A model generated the notes under the pieces. That model worked only from the letters and a program-made list of their open reading frames with translations. It had not been told where the DNA came from and searched no databases. From Candidatus Woesearchaeota archaeon UBA153 (GTDB taxonomy: Archaea > Nanobdellota > Nanobdellia > Woesearchaeales > UBA525): a stretch of DNA of 64,000 nt. Shown piece after piece: positions 28,185 through 37,687 of this stretch. The stretch lies in the NCBI GenBank assembly GCA_002503705.1, contig DASH01000042.1, positions 25,950-89,949 on the forward strand, read 5' to 3'. The translations under genes and the position numbers were made by a program. Positions within the stretch are counted from its first letter, which is position 1; every line of letters starts with the position of its first letter.

Positions 28185-28451
28185 ATGGTTCGTGGAATGT
28201 TCAAGAGCGGACGGTTCAGTCGCGTCCACGTGAAAGTCCCGGGCGGCAGGACAGTCCTCCGCTTCAAGGAGAAGACGCCGAAACAACCGCATTGCGGCGA
28301 GTGCGGCAAGCCTTTGCCGGGCATCCCGCGCATGTCGCGCGTCGAAGCAACGCACGCGTCCAAGTCGAGCAAGCGGCCGCAACGTCCGTTCGGCGGCGTG
28401 CTCTGCAGTGCGTGCACGCGGAAGCGGCTCGTCGCGAAAGCGCGAGTCTAA
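28185..28451 (+). CDS. rpl34e: 50S ribosomal protein eL34
   Basis: VKVPGG, CGEC, RPFGGVLCSAC. Confidence 0.96.
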   Translation: MVRGMFKSGRFSRVHVKVPGGRTVLRFKEKTPKQPHCGECGKPLPGIPRMSRVEATHASKSSKRPQRPFGGVLCSACTRKRLVAKARV

Positions 28452-28539
28452 AATTTTTTCACAATCCAAAACAGCAGGCCTCTCGCGGGTTGCGGCGACG
28501 CGCCCGAATTCTCGAGAGGGAAACGCGAGGAGATGAACC

Positions 28540-28980
28540 ATGGCATTGTTTGAAGTCGGAAGAGTCTGTGTCAAGATCGCCGGCCGCGACGCGGGCGAGC
28601 GCTGCGTCATCGTCGAAGTCCTCGACGCGCACACCGTGCTCGTTGACGGCGCGACGCGCCGGCGCAAGTGCAACGTCAAGCACTTAGAGCCGTTGGCGGA
28701 GACGCTCGACGTGAAGAAAGGAGCGACGCACGACGCGGTCGCGAAGGCGTTCACGGCGCTCGGCGTCGACGTGAAAGAGTCCAAGCCGCGGAAGGCGACG
28801 ACGAAGCCGCGCCACGCGCACAAAGCGAAAGCAGACGCCGGTGAACAGAGCGCGGTCGGTCAGCCCGTCAAGGCGAAAGCGCCGAAGGCGGAGAAGCCGA
28901 AAGCCGAACCTGCCAAAGCGCCGAAGGCTGAGAAGGCGGACGCTCCCAAGAAGAAAGTCGCGGCGAAGAAGACGGAGTGA
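28540..28980 (+). CDS. rpl14e: 50S ribosomal protein eL14 with K/A/P tail
   Basis: GRVCVKIAGRDAG, RRKCNVKHLEP. Confidence 0.96.
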   Translation: MALFEVGRVCVKIAGRDAGERCVIVEVLDAHTVLVDGATRRRKCNVKHLEPLAETLDVKKGATHDAVAKAFTALGVDVKESKPRKATTKPRHAHKAKADAGEQSAVGQPVKAKAPKAEKPKAEPAKAPKAEKADAPKKKVAAKKTE

Positions 28981-29064
28981 GTTCGAGAAATAAAAGTATT
29001 TTTTAGAAATATTTTTTCTTATAGTTATGCGTTATTTCTTTTTTTCAAGAAATTCAATGACGCT

Positions 29065-30726
29065 CTACGCTTTCTTCCGCAGCACGTCGTACAGAACAGT
29101 CAGGTTCAGCTCGAACACCGCGGTCGGCATGCCGAGTTTGTTCGCGTCGAGGACTTTCGGGTCGAGCTCGCCGCAATACGCGACGTCGACGCCGGCGACG
29201 CTGACGCGCGCGACGCGGCCCGGGATGAACGAGGCGTGCTCGGTCTCCTTGTACGTCGGCGTCACGCCGAAACTGGCGAAGAGCGAGTCGAGCAGTTGCC
29301 GGATGCGCGTATAGTCCGCTTCCTCGCCAGACACTGCCGCAGCAATCCTGAACATCTCGTTCACGCCGGTTTCCGTCTTCTCTCGTGACTTCGTGAAGAC
29401 CTTGCCAATCTCGAAGATCGTCTGCGGGTACTCGTGACGCTTGTTGCGGCCGAGCGTGTCGACGAGCGAGGGCGTGAGCCACGCGCGCAACGAGTCGTAG
29501 CCCTCGCTCACGCTGCTCTTGAGCGTGATGACGTCGAGTTCGAGGTTCATGCGTTTCGTCTGCAACTCCTTGCTGATGAGATGGTAGTTCTTCACTTCGA
29601 GGAGTCCGTGCCCGACGAGGCGCTCGCGCACTTTCGCCGCGAAAATTTCGAACGGCGCTTCGCGCGCTATCGTCGCGACGTTCGGCAGGATTTCCGGGAT
29701 GTGCTCGAAGCCGTACGCGATCGCGATGTCCTCGGCGAAGTCCGCTTGGTGCAAGATATCGGTGCGGTACGCGGGAATAGAGACGACTCCTTTCTCGTAC
29801 CCGTAACCCATCTTCTCGAAGAGAGTCTTCACCGTCTTTTCGTTCAAGTCGAGGCCGAGGAGCGTGTTGATATATTTCACGTCCGCTTTCATCTTCCGCG
29901 GCTCGAGCACCGGAGAGGTTACCTTCTTGGTCGGGTACTCGAGTTCGACGCTGGAGATCTCGCCGCCCATGTCTGCGAACGCCGTGACGATCATGGCGAG
30001 GCACTCTTCCAGGATGCGCTCGTCGAAGCCGGAACACTCGATGAAGACCTCCGTCGTCTTCTCCGTGATTTTGCCCGTCAACTCGCTGTTGATGATCGGC
30101 GTGAACGACATGATGTTGCCCTTCGCGTCGAGGAAGCACGCGTAGCGAGACAATCCCGCGACGAGGCTCGCGTAGTCCTTCCCTTTCGGGTGCGCTTCCA
30201 GTATTTCTTGCGCCGTCATCGCCTTTTTCGCTTCTAACGGTTGGAACTTCACGTCGGCAGGCTTCAACCCTTTGAACGTGATGGGGAACGCGATGTGCTC
30301 CATCGGGTAGATGCCAATGGCTGCTCGTTTCCGGTTTCGGCCGAACGTGACGTGCAGTTTCTCTTGGATTTGGATGATCTCTTTCAGCTTCTCGTCGTTG
30401 ATTTTCAGCTTCGTGACGATGGCGCATCGCGTGTGCGGCCTGCACTCCTCGACGCTCTTGTCCACGATGACCTTCTTGCCGCTCTTCTTGACTTTGTACT
30501 CTTGCAGTCCGGGTTTCGCGCCGATGAAGCTGGCGAGCGCGCGGCTGAACCCTTGCTGGCTGAGCAGGTCCGGTCGGTTCGGGAAGATCTCGACGTGGAT
30601 GTCGTCATTCTCGATGCCTTCGAGCGCGGTGCCGAGCATGCCGATACGGTCTTTCAGCTGGTCGTCCGAGAGTCTCTTCCCGAGCGTCTTCAGCAGCTCT
30701 TTCTTACTGATGCTGATGGTCGGCAT
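29065..30726 (-). CDS. pheT: Phenylalanyl-tRNA synthetase beta subunit
   Basis: NRPDLLS, IQIQEKLH, YRTDILH, FIPGR. Confidence 0.97.
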   Translation of the reverse strand: MPTISISKKELLKTLGKRLSDDQLKDRIGMLGTALEGIENDDIHVEIFPNRPDLLSQQGFSRALASFIGAKPGLQEYKVKKSGKKVIVDKSVEECRPHTRCAIVTKLKINDEKLKEIIQIQEKLHVTFGRNRKRAAIGIYPMEHIAFPITFKGLKPADVKFQPLEAKKAMTAQEILEAHPKGKDYASLVAGLSRYACFLDAKGNIMSFTPIINSELTGKITEKTTEVFIECSGFDERILEECLAMIVTAFADMGGEISSVELEYPTKKVTSPVLEPRKMKADVKYINTLLGLDLNEKTVKTLFEKMGYGYEKGVVSIPAYRTDILHQADFAEDIAIAYGFEHIPEILPNVATIAREAPFEIFAAKVRERLVGHGLLEVKNYHLISKELQTKRMNLELDVITLKSSVSEGYDSLRAWLTPSLVDTLGRNKRHEYPQTIFEIGKVFTKSREKTETGVNEMFRIAAAVSGEEADYTRIRQLLDSLFASFGVTPTYKETEHASFIPGRVARVSVAGVDVAYCGELDPKVLDANKLGMPTAVFELNLTVLYDVLRKKA

Positions 30727-32286
30727 TTATCTCATCCACGTCTTCATGTTCTTCAACTGTTCCAAATCGTTATTGTACAACACGCGAATATCATCCAATT
30801 GGTAGTGGCGCATGATGGTGCGCTCCATGCCGATCCCCCACGCGAGCACGGGGATTTCCTTGCCGATGAGCGTCTTCGTGACTTCTGGCCTGAAGATCCC
30901 GGCGCCGCCGAGCTCGACCCAGCAGTTGCGCGCGTCGTCCCAGACGTCCACTTCCGCGCTCGGCTCAGTGTACGGGAAGTGCGCCGGTCGGATTCTCACG
31001 TCAGAGAAGCCCATCTTGCCGAAGAACGCGCGCAAGTAACCCTTCAAGTGTTGGAAGTTCGCGCTCTCATCGACGACGATGCCTTCGACTTGGTGGAGCT
31101 CGAACAAGTGCTTCCAGTCCAACGCTTCGTTCCGGTAGATCGTGCTGACGCTGAAATACTTGCCGGGCATCTTGGCCTTGCCTTGCCGGATCGCGTCGAG
31201 CGTGTGCGCGCTCAGCACGGTCGTGTGCGTGCGCAGGAGGAGTTTCGCGCTCTCTTCGTCGTTGAACGGCGCGCGCCAGCCGAGACTGCCCGTCGTGCCG
31301 CCGTGCTCGTGCGCCGCTTTGACTGCGGGAAGCACCTCTTTCGGCAGCACTCCTTTCTCGGGATTCGCTAAGTAGAACGTGTCTTGCATCTCGCGCGCGG
31401 GGTGGTCTTGCGGGACGAACAACGCGTCCAAGTCCCAAAAAGCCGTCTGGACGTGGTCGCCTTCCATCTCCTCGAACCCCATGTCGAGCCAGACCCGCTT
31501 GATGTCCGCGATCGCGTCGTTCACGAAGTGCGCCTTGCCGCCCGTCTTCTTCGGCACGTTGATCGCGACGTTGTACGGGCGGAACTTCTTCTTTCTCCAC
31601 GAGCCGTCGCTCAACATCTGTGGCGTCAATCGTTCTTCGTACGCGGTCGTCGCTTCCTTCGTCTTCGTCACGTCTTTGCCGAGCGGCGTGAGAACGTATT
31701 TCTTGTCGCGGCGCTTCAGCAAGGCCGCGTACCCTTGGCGTTTCAGCAAGTCTTGCACGCCGAGCTTCGTTCGCTCGTCGAGCTTCGCGAGGCGCAGCTT
31801 CCACTCAGTCTTTCCCGCCGCGGCCAACGCCCGCTTCGCGAGCGGCTCGTCCAAGACGAGGCCGTCCACCCACGTGAACTTCGGCTTGCCGTCTTTCGTG
31901 GTGCCGAACGGGACGTGCAACCGTTTGAGCGCGCCGATGACCGCGCCGGTCGCGTCCTTGTCGTACGCGGGGAGGATGTTCTTCAGGTCATCAACGAGGA
32001 CTTCTTTCTGGCGTTGCAAGGCCCACAACGCGTGCTCTTCCGGCAACCCGTTCAGGAAGGCTTGTTTGCCTTTCTCCGTCACCGCGAGCACGTCCTCTTC
32101 GACGCTCTCCAGCTTGACGCACGCCTTGCCTTCCAGCCATTGCAGCGCTCGCGTCGCCTCGACGTCTTGTAGTTTGGACTCGATGGCGAGGTCTGACAAC
32201 AATCCTGAGTCTTTCAGGTGCGGGAGGACTTTCCGCTCGAGCGGGTGCAAGCCCATCGCGATCTTCCGCGCTTCGTCAGACGCCAT
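30727..32286 (-). CDS. pheS: Phenylalanyl-tRNA synthetase alpha subunit
   Basis: PQDHPAREMQDTF, FPYTEPS, AWGIGMER. Confidence 0.98.
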   Translation of the reverse strand: MASDEARKIAMGLHPLERKVLPHLKDSGLLSDLAIESKLQDVEATRALQWLEGKACVKLESVEEDVLAVTEKGKQAFLNGLPEEHALWALQRQKEVLVDDLKNILPAYDKDATGAVIGALKRLHVPFGTTKDGKPKFTWVDGLVLDEPLAKRALAAAGKTEWKLRLAKLDERTKLGVQDLLKRQGYAALLKRRDKKYVLTPLGKDVTKTKEATTAYEERLTPQMLSDGSWRKKKFRPYNVAINVPKKTGGKAHFVNDAIADIKRVWLDMGFEEMEGDHVQTAFWDLDALFVPQDHPAREMQDTFYLANPEKGVLPKEVLPAVKAAHEHGGTTGSLGWRAPFNDEESAKLLLRTHTTVLSAHTLDAIRQGKAKMPGKYFSVSTIYRNEALDWKHLFELHQVEGIVVDESANFQHLKGYLRAFFGKMGFSDVRIRPAHFPYTEPSAEVDVWDDARNCWVELGGAGIFRPEVTKTLIGKEIPVLAWGIGMERTIMRHYQLDDIRVLYNNDLEQLKNMKTWMR

Positions 32287-32594
32287 GTCGGTCTCGTCGC
32301 CGAGACGCTTTTATATTATTTCTGGTTTACGAGTCCTTTGCGAGGTTTTTGCTTCACGACTCGAACTCATGAGAACAACGAATTATTTACAATATGGTCA
32401 TTATATTGCTTTAATTCTCACGAGAACCACACGTCAGCATCGAGAAAAACTCCACACCTCGCGCAGAGCAACTCTCAGGTACTATCGCATAACGGCAACA
32501 CAACCAGAATATTTTTAAAGTAGTCACCGCTTATCGAAACTAAAAAGGGGTGATTTCCCGGACAGCGGGATCCCTGTGAGGGGGTTGAAGGACA

Positions 32595-33401
32595 ATGATA
32601 GTCAGAGACGAATTTCTGAGCAAGCTCAGAAGGTATTTCGGACTGAACCTCTATGAGGTCAAGATCTGGACCGCGCTCCTCAGCCGGGGCGTCAGCACCG
32701 CCGGCGAGCTCAGCGACATCGCAAACGTGCCGCGCTCGCGCTCGTACGACGTTCTCGAAAGCCTCGAGAAGAAGGGCTTCATCGTGATGAAGATCGGCAA
32801 GCCGATCAAGTACATCGCCGTGCCGCCCGAAGAGGTCGTGGAACGCGTGAAGAAGAACGTCCACAACGACGCGAAGGAACGCGTCACGCGCCTGGACGAC
32901 CTGAAGAAGACGGACGTCATCAATGAGTTGCGCAACCTGCACACGCAAGGCGTCGAGCTCGTCGAGCCGACCGACCTGACGGGAGCGCTCAAGGGCAGGC
33001 ACAACCTCTACAACCACTTGGAGCTCACGATCCGTGGCGCGGAGAAGACCGTCACGATCATCACGACTTCCGGCGGCATGCTCCGCAAGGTCGAGGGCTT
33101 GAAGCCGGTCTTCGAGGAGGTCGCGAAGCGCGGCGTCAAGGTTCGCATCGCCGCTCCCCTCTCGAAAGAGACGAAAGAGGCGGAGAAGGAGCTCAAGGGC
33201 GTCGCGGAAGTGCGCGACTGCAAGACGAAGGCGCGCTTCGTCGTCGTCGACGGCAAGGAGGTCGTCTTCATGCTGATGGACGACGCGGACGTCCACCCGA
33301 CGTACGACATCGGCATCTGGATCAACACGCCCTTCTTCGCCGCCGCGCTCGAAGAGCTCTTCGAGCTCGCGTGGAAAGAGATGAAGAAGATTAAAGCGTA
33401 A
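32595..33401 (+). CDS. TrmB-family transcriptional regulator
   Basis: GLNLYE...VPRSRSYDVLESLEKKG wHTH; PLD-like C-terminal domain. Confidence 0.93.
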   Translation: MIVRDEFLSKLRRYFGLNLYEVKIWTALLSRGVSTAGELSDIANVPRSRSYDVLESLEKKGFIVMKIGKPIKYIAVPPEEVVERVKKNVHNDAKERVTRLDDLKKTDVINELRNLHTQGVELVEPTDLTGALKGRHNLYNHLELTIRGAEKTVTIITTSGGMLRKVEGLKPVFEEVAKRGVKVRIAAPLSKETKEAEKELKGVAEVRDCKTKARFVVVDGKEVVFMLMDDADVHPTYDIGIWINTPFFAAALEELFELAWKEMKKIKA

Positions 33402-33443
33402 GGAACTTCAGAAAACTTTTTTCTAACAATTCTTTTTTCTCGT

Positions 33444-34892
33444 TTATCGCTTCTCAACCCAGAATCTGATGTACGTTCCCATCGCTGAGCCGCCTTGGTG
33501 GACGGAACGGTCCTCTCGAAGGATGTGGAAACCCGTTCGTTCGAGGAGACTTCGCGCGTCCTCCGCGGTGTAGTGATGGAAGTAGAGCGTCACGCCCTCG
33601 CGCTCGGCGAGCTCTCCACCGTCGCCCTCCTTGAGCGTGAGGAATGCGATACCGCTCGATTTCAGGACGCGTTGCCACTCTTGTAAAGCCCGTTCCGCTT
33701 CCGTCGGTCGCGAGTGGACGAGGACTGCGCACGCCCAGAGCCCATCGAACTCATTCTCGGGGAACGGCAAAGAATCTATGGTCGCGATAACAATCCTTCC
33801 GTCGGGAACTCTCCGCTTCGCCTCGACGACGAATTTCTTCTCCCGGTCGACGCCGGCGACATCGTATCCTCGCTTCGCGAAACTGGCGAGGTCGCGGCCG
33901 TTCCCGCAACCGACGTCGAGAATCTTGCCTCGAGGAACGTAATGGCGGAAATAGTCTATTTCCGCTTCCATCGTGTACGTGTCGTACTTCTTGATGAGTC
34001 GTTCCGCGTTGCGGGAATAAAACTTCTCGACGATCTCAGACGGTTTTTTCAGAACGACGTAAAACTCCTCATCACCGATGGCGAACTTCTCGAACGCCCA
34101 AGCTTTTCGTCTCACGAGCTTCTCGAACCACGCGCGGCGCTCGTGCTTGATCGTCTTGCCGCCGCCGAGGCTCTTCGTCGGGAACGAGACGACGAGCCAC
34201 TTCGCGGGGATGGAATCGAGGACTTTCCCGCTGATGTTCCGTTTCGCCTCCTCGAGCGTGTCGAGGAGCTTGAAGAGGAAGGCGACGTCCGCGAGGTCCT
34301 TGTTCGAGATGACGGGCAACGTGTCGTGGTGCTTCACCAAGTCGAGCGGGAAGACCTCGCCATCGATGCCTTCAATCTGGAAGAATCGTTTCACGTCGTC
34401 GAGCTGCGTGCTCGGCAAATCGGAAGCGAGATAGAGTGGTTTGCATCCCAGGAATGCGTAGCTGTACGGGTTCGCGCCGCACCCGAGATCGAGAACGACG
34501 CGAGGAACGCCCGTTATACTAAATATCTTCGCGTAGATTTCCTTGTAATATGAAATTCGTTCTTTCGAGCTCTGGTGGAGTAGGAGGAGCTTTTTGATGA
34601 GTTCCGCGTCATGCGGTCTCTTCTCGAGCTCGTCAAGGAGTTTTCCGCGCCCTTTCTTCTCGTCCAGGTCGAAGACGCCGTAGACGCTCCGCAACTCGGC
34701 GCGGACGAGCTTCTTGAGCTCTTCAAATTCCGAACTCCGCGAGAACTCCTTGAACGACTTAGAGTTTTTTACTTTTTCTTTTAACTTCTTGTTCTGTTGC
34801 AGAATTTTTTCTATTTTTTCCTGGACGAACTTGTCGTCGAGCGTCGACAGTTCTCGTTTCGCTTTAATCCCCGCGACGATGTTTGGGATCAT
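33444..34892 (-). CDS. Fusion: ArmA/Rmt (FmrO)-like 16S rRNA methyltransferase + class I SAM methyltransferase
   Basis: HQSSKER, VLDLGCGANP, LFKLLDTLE, VVSFPTKSLGG; second domain ILDVGCGNGR, FDGLWACAVLVH. Confidence 0.82.
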   Translation of the reverse strand: MIPNIVAGIKAKRELSTLDDKFVQEKIEKILQQNKKLKEKVKNSKSFKEFSRSSEFEELKKLVRAELRSVYGVFDLDEKKGRGKLLDELEKRPHDAELIKKLLLLHQSSKERISYYKEIYAKIFSITGVPRVVLDLGCGANPYSYAFLGCKPLYLASDLPSTQLDDVKRFFQIEGIDGEVFPLDLVKHHDTLPVISNKDLADVAFLFKLLDTLEEAKRNISGKVLDSIPAKWLVVSFPTKSLGGGKTIKHERRAWFEKLVRRKAWAFEKFAIGDEEFYVVLKKPSEIVEKFYSRNAERLIKKYDTYTMEAEIDYFRHYVPRGKILDVGCGNGRDLASFAKRGYDVAGVDREKKFVVEAKRRVPDGRIVIATIDSLPFPENEFDGLWACAVLVHSRPTEAERALQEWQRVLKSSGIAFLTLKEGDGGELAEREGVTLYFHHYTAEDARSLLERTGFHILREDRSVHQGGSAMGTYIRFWVEKR

Positions 34893-34955
34893 GTGTACAC
34901 CATTGCAACCATCATGGCCGCGAAGCGATTGGACGCCCGCCACCGGCGGGTTCTC

Positions 34956-35041
34956 GCTGGCGCGGCACGGATTTCCTCGTCCGTGTGCGTCGCGTTCTCG
35001 TGCGACTTCGCACTTTGACTATGACTCTTTGCCGCGCCAGC
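34956..35041 (-). repeat. Palindromic element family R, copy 3
   Basis: Reverse complement reads CAGTCCCGTGCTGGCGCGGCAAAGAGTCATAGT, nearly identical to 3213-3243. Confidence 0.88.
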
Positions 35042-35064
35042 ACGGGACTGCGCTACGCGCGCAG

Positions 35065-36108
35065 CTACCATCGTTTCACGGCGACGACGCCGCCGAAGTG
35101 CTCAATCTTGGACGCCGCTTCGCTCGCGGAGAGCACGTGGACTTCGCCACGGACGCTCTCGCACTGGCGCAGCAGCGCTTCGAGCTTCGCGGACGCTTCC
35201 GGACTCTCGGTTCGCGACCGGCCGATGGCCGCCTCCGTGACGAGCAGGAACGCCACGTTCGCGCTCGCGATGGCTTCGCTGATGTCGAGCGGCCCGTACG
35301 CGAGCAACCCTTTTGACAACGCCGCCACCGCTTGTTCGACGAGGCTCATCTCGCGCAGCGTGGAGTTCTCCTTGATGACGCGCTCGACCTCCGGACGGTT
35401 CAACAGTTCGCGGATCGCGGTCTTCTCGACCGCGCTGATCGACGTCAGGATGGTCTTCTTCTTCAACGCGGGCGGCAACTCCTTGTCCACGTACTCTTTC
35501 CAGAACGCGGGCGCGCCCGCGATGATGCTCGTGAACTTGATGCGCTCGTCCCGCGCGGAGATCTCGGTGACGATCTCCTTGAAGAACGCGGCGCTCTTCT
35601 TCTCATCCACTGCCTTCTTCGGCACGTCGCCTTTCAAGCGGGCGACCTCTTCGATGCCGCGTTTCGTGACCGTGTAGAGTTTCGCCTCCTCGCGGTCGAA
35701 CAACACGACGAGGATGGCTGGCTCGTTCTTCGTGGACTCTTCAAGCTTCGCGATGAGATACGACGGCCACGACGCCTTCCGCAACGTCACTTCCTCGCCA
35801 GGCTCGAGACCGAACGAGTGGTGCTCGCCGCGCGGGATGTCTTCAGGACCGTCGATGATAGTGCCGAGGACTCGTAACGACGAGCCGTCCGGCGCGTACT
35901 CAGTCTTCTCCACCTTGATGGCGAGCCGGATTCTGCGTTTCGAAACTGATCCTTTCTCATCTGTCTTGCCGACCTTCACCTTCCGCTCGGTGCTCCCTTC
36001 CAGCTCGTCGCCCGGCGCGATGATGGAGCGCAAGGTCCAGACGTCGTCCGCAGTCTCCACTCTCAGACGCACTTCGCCGTCCCGCCAATCCTTCTTGAAT
36101 AAACGCAT
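35065..36108 (-). CDS. pelA: Pelota (aDom34) ribosome rescue factor
   Basis: DDVWTL...PGD, LRVLGTI, GEHHSF, YGP, HFGGVVA. Confidence 0.95.
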   Translation of the reverse strand: MRLFKKDWRDGEVRLRVETADDVWTLRSIIAPGDELEGSTERKVKVGKTDEKGSVSKRRIRLAIKVEKTEYAPDGSSLRVLGTIIDGPEDIPRGEHHSFGLEPGEEVTLRKASWPSYLIAKLEESTKNEPAILVVLFDREEAKLYTVTKRGIEEVARLKGDVPKKAVDEKKSAAFFKEIVTEISARDERIKFTSIIAGAPAFWKEYVDKELPPALKKKTILTSISAVEKTAIRELLNRPEVERVIKENSTLREMSLVEQAVAALSKGLLAYGPLDISEAIASANVAFLLVTEAAIGRSRTESPEASAKLEALLRQCESVRGEVHVLSASEAASKIEHFGGVVAVKRW

Positions 36109-36140
36109 GATATTTTCCTCGTCAACCTATTTCTCGTTCT

Positions 36141-36330
36141 GCGCCGGTACCGGCTTCGCGCCCGCACCGTCCTGCTCGCTCTCCGTTGAGAACGTGGTGT
36201 GCGGTTCCCCCCGGACGGGGCGTGGTCGGGCACACCCCTCCCAGGTCGCTCCGAGGCGTCGCGACCGTCCCCCACCGCAACCGCTTCTTGTACCGCTTCC
36301 GTCGCTCGCCCTTAAGGACGGTGCCGGCGC
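36141..36330 (-). repeat. Structured element family S in pelota upstream region
   Basis: Minus strand CGCCGGCACCGTCCT-TAAGGGCGA...GAGC-AGGACGGT...CGGCGCAGAA, matching 27531-27659. Confidence 0.75.
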
Positions 36331-36390
36331 TCAAGCAGTTGTTTTCAGGTTCTCTACCGTCGAAGACTCTCTCGAGGGAAAAGAGAAACC

Positions 36391-36402
36391 TTTATATATA
36401 AA
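36391..36402. promoter_or_regulatory. Bidirectional TATA box between pelota and the surface-protein cluster
   Basis: Palindromic TTTATATATAAA, about 20 nt before ATG 36422. Confidence 0.6.
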
Positions 36403-36421
36403 TCTTTGTGGGGTGAGAGGT

Positions 36422-37621
36422 ATGCGGCGTCGTGGTCAAGAGTTCCGGATGAGTTCTCCGCTCGTCGTCCTCCTCATCGCCGTCGTCATCATCCTCTACA
36501 TCCTCTTCCTCCCTCCCGCGGAGCGGGAAGCGCTCCTGACCGGCACGACCACGCCTGGCGGCGGTTCTTCAGGGGGCGGCGTTCTGACTCCTGGCGGCGC
36601 CGGCGTCGTCGTCATGGATAAGTACCTCGGCACGCTCTTGCCGCAGTCGAGCGGCAGCGTCGAGCACGCCATCCCGACGACCACAGTCTTCACGAGCACG
36701 AACACGGAAGAGGTCAAGTTCGTCGACAGCATGGGCGTCTCGCGCAGCGCGTTCTCGCGCCAAGACGCCACGCTCACGTTCAACGTCGAACTCGGCGTGG
36801 CGAAGAACCACTTGTTGACGTTCAACGTGGACGAGTACGGCGGCCCCCTCACCATCTCGCTGAACGACCAACCAATCTTCAGCAGGGAGATCACGACGCG
36901 TTCGCCCGCGCCAATCACGCTCCCGCAAGAACTCCTCAAACCGCAGAACACGCTCACGTTCACCGCCGGCACGCCCGGCTGGGCGTTCTGGAAGTCGAAC
37001 ACGTACTCGTTGCGCAACGTCCTCGTCAGCGCAGACGTGACGCGGTACGACAACGCCGCGGCGGAACAACACTTCACGATCACGCCCGCCGAGCACGAGA
37101 AGCTCGAGACCGCGAAGCTCGAGTTCGTCCCCGAGTGCGACGCGAAGAAGACGGGACGGCTCAGCATCACGCTGAACGGCAACCTCCTCTACGCGGGCTA
37201 TATGGACTGCGGCATCCTCACCCGGCAAGAGGTCGCGAAAGAGTCCCTCGTCATCGGCGACAACCGCATCGGGTTCACGAGTGGCTCGGGCGGCTACACC
37301 ATCGACCGGATCAAGCTCGTCTCGACGCTCAAAGAGCAAGACTACCCCGTCTTGTACTTCAACCTGCCGCCCGACCTGTTCCAGCAGGCGAACGTCTTCG
37401 CCGGCCGCGTCGTCCTCACGCTCCGCTTCAGCGAAGGAAACACGCTCAAGACGGGCAGCATCGTCGTGAACGGCTTCCAAGACAGCTTCCAGACGGACAG
37501 CTACTACTACCAAGCGACCCTCGACCCGAACATCCTCGTCCCGAACGCGAACTCGATCCAAGTCATCCCGGTCGGCGGCGCGCTGCACATCCCCGAAGTC
37601 CGCATCGAGATGCTCGGGTGA
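36422..37621 (+). CDS. Exported beta-rich protein with class III (pilin-type) signal peptide
   Basis: MRRRGQ followed by a hydrophobic helix; repeated beta-sandwich-like units; start moved from 35714 to ATG 36422. Confidence 0.75.
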   Translation: MRRRGQEFRMSSPLVVLLIAVVIILYILFLPPAEREALLTGTTTPGGGSSGGGVLTPGGAGVVVMDKYLGTLLPQSSGSVEHAIPTTTVFTSTNTEEVKFVDSMGVSRSAFSRQDATLTFNVELGVAKNHLLTFNVDEYGGPLTISLNDQPIFSREITTRSPAPITLPQELLKPQNTLTFTAGTPGWAFWKSNTYSLRNVLVSADVTRYDNAAAEQHFTITPAEHEKLETAKLEFVPECDAKKTGRLSITLNGNLLYAGYMDCGILTRQEVAKESLVIGDNRIGFTSGSGGYTIDRIKLVSTLKEQDYPVLYFNLPPDLFQQANVFAGRVVLTLRFSEGNTLKTGSIVVNGFQDSFQTDSYYYQATLDPNILVPNANSIQVIPVGGALHIPEVRIEMLG

Positions 37622-37687
37622 GACGAGTGGGCGGCAGCGAAGAGTCGCACCGCCGTCCACGGAGCGAGAAGAGAGTGAGAGTTCTCC

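Noticed and set aside
35714-36421. Long 5' extension of the 635-aa ORF
   Set aside because: Overlaps pelota antisense and a structured element; ATG 36422 gives a clean signal peptide after a TATA box
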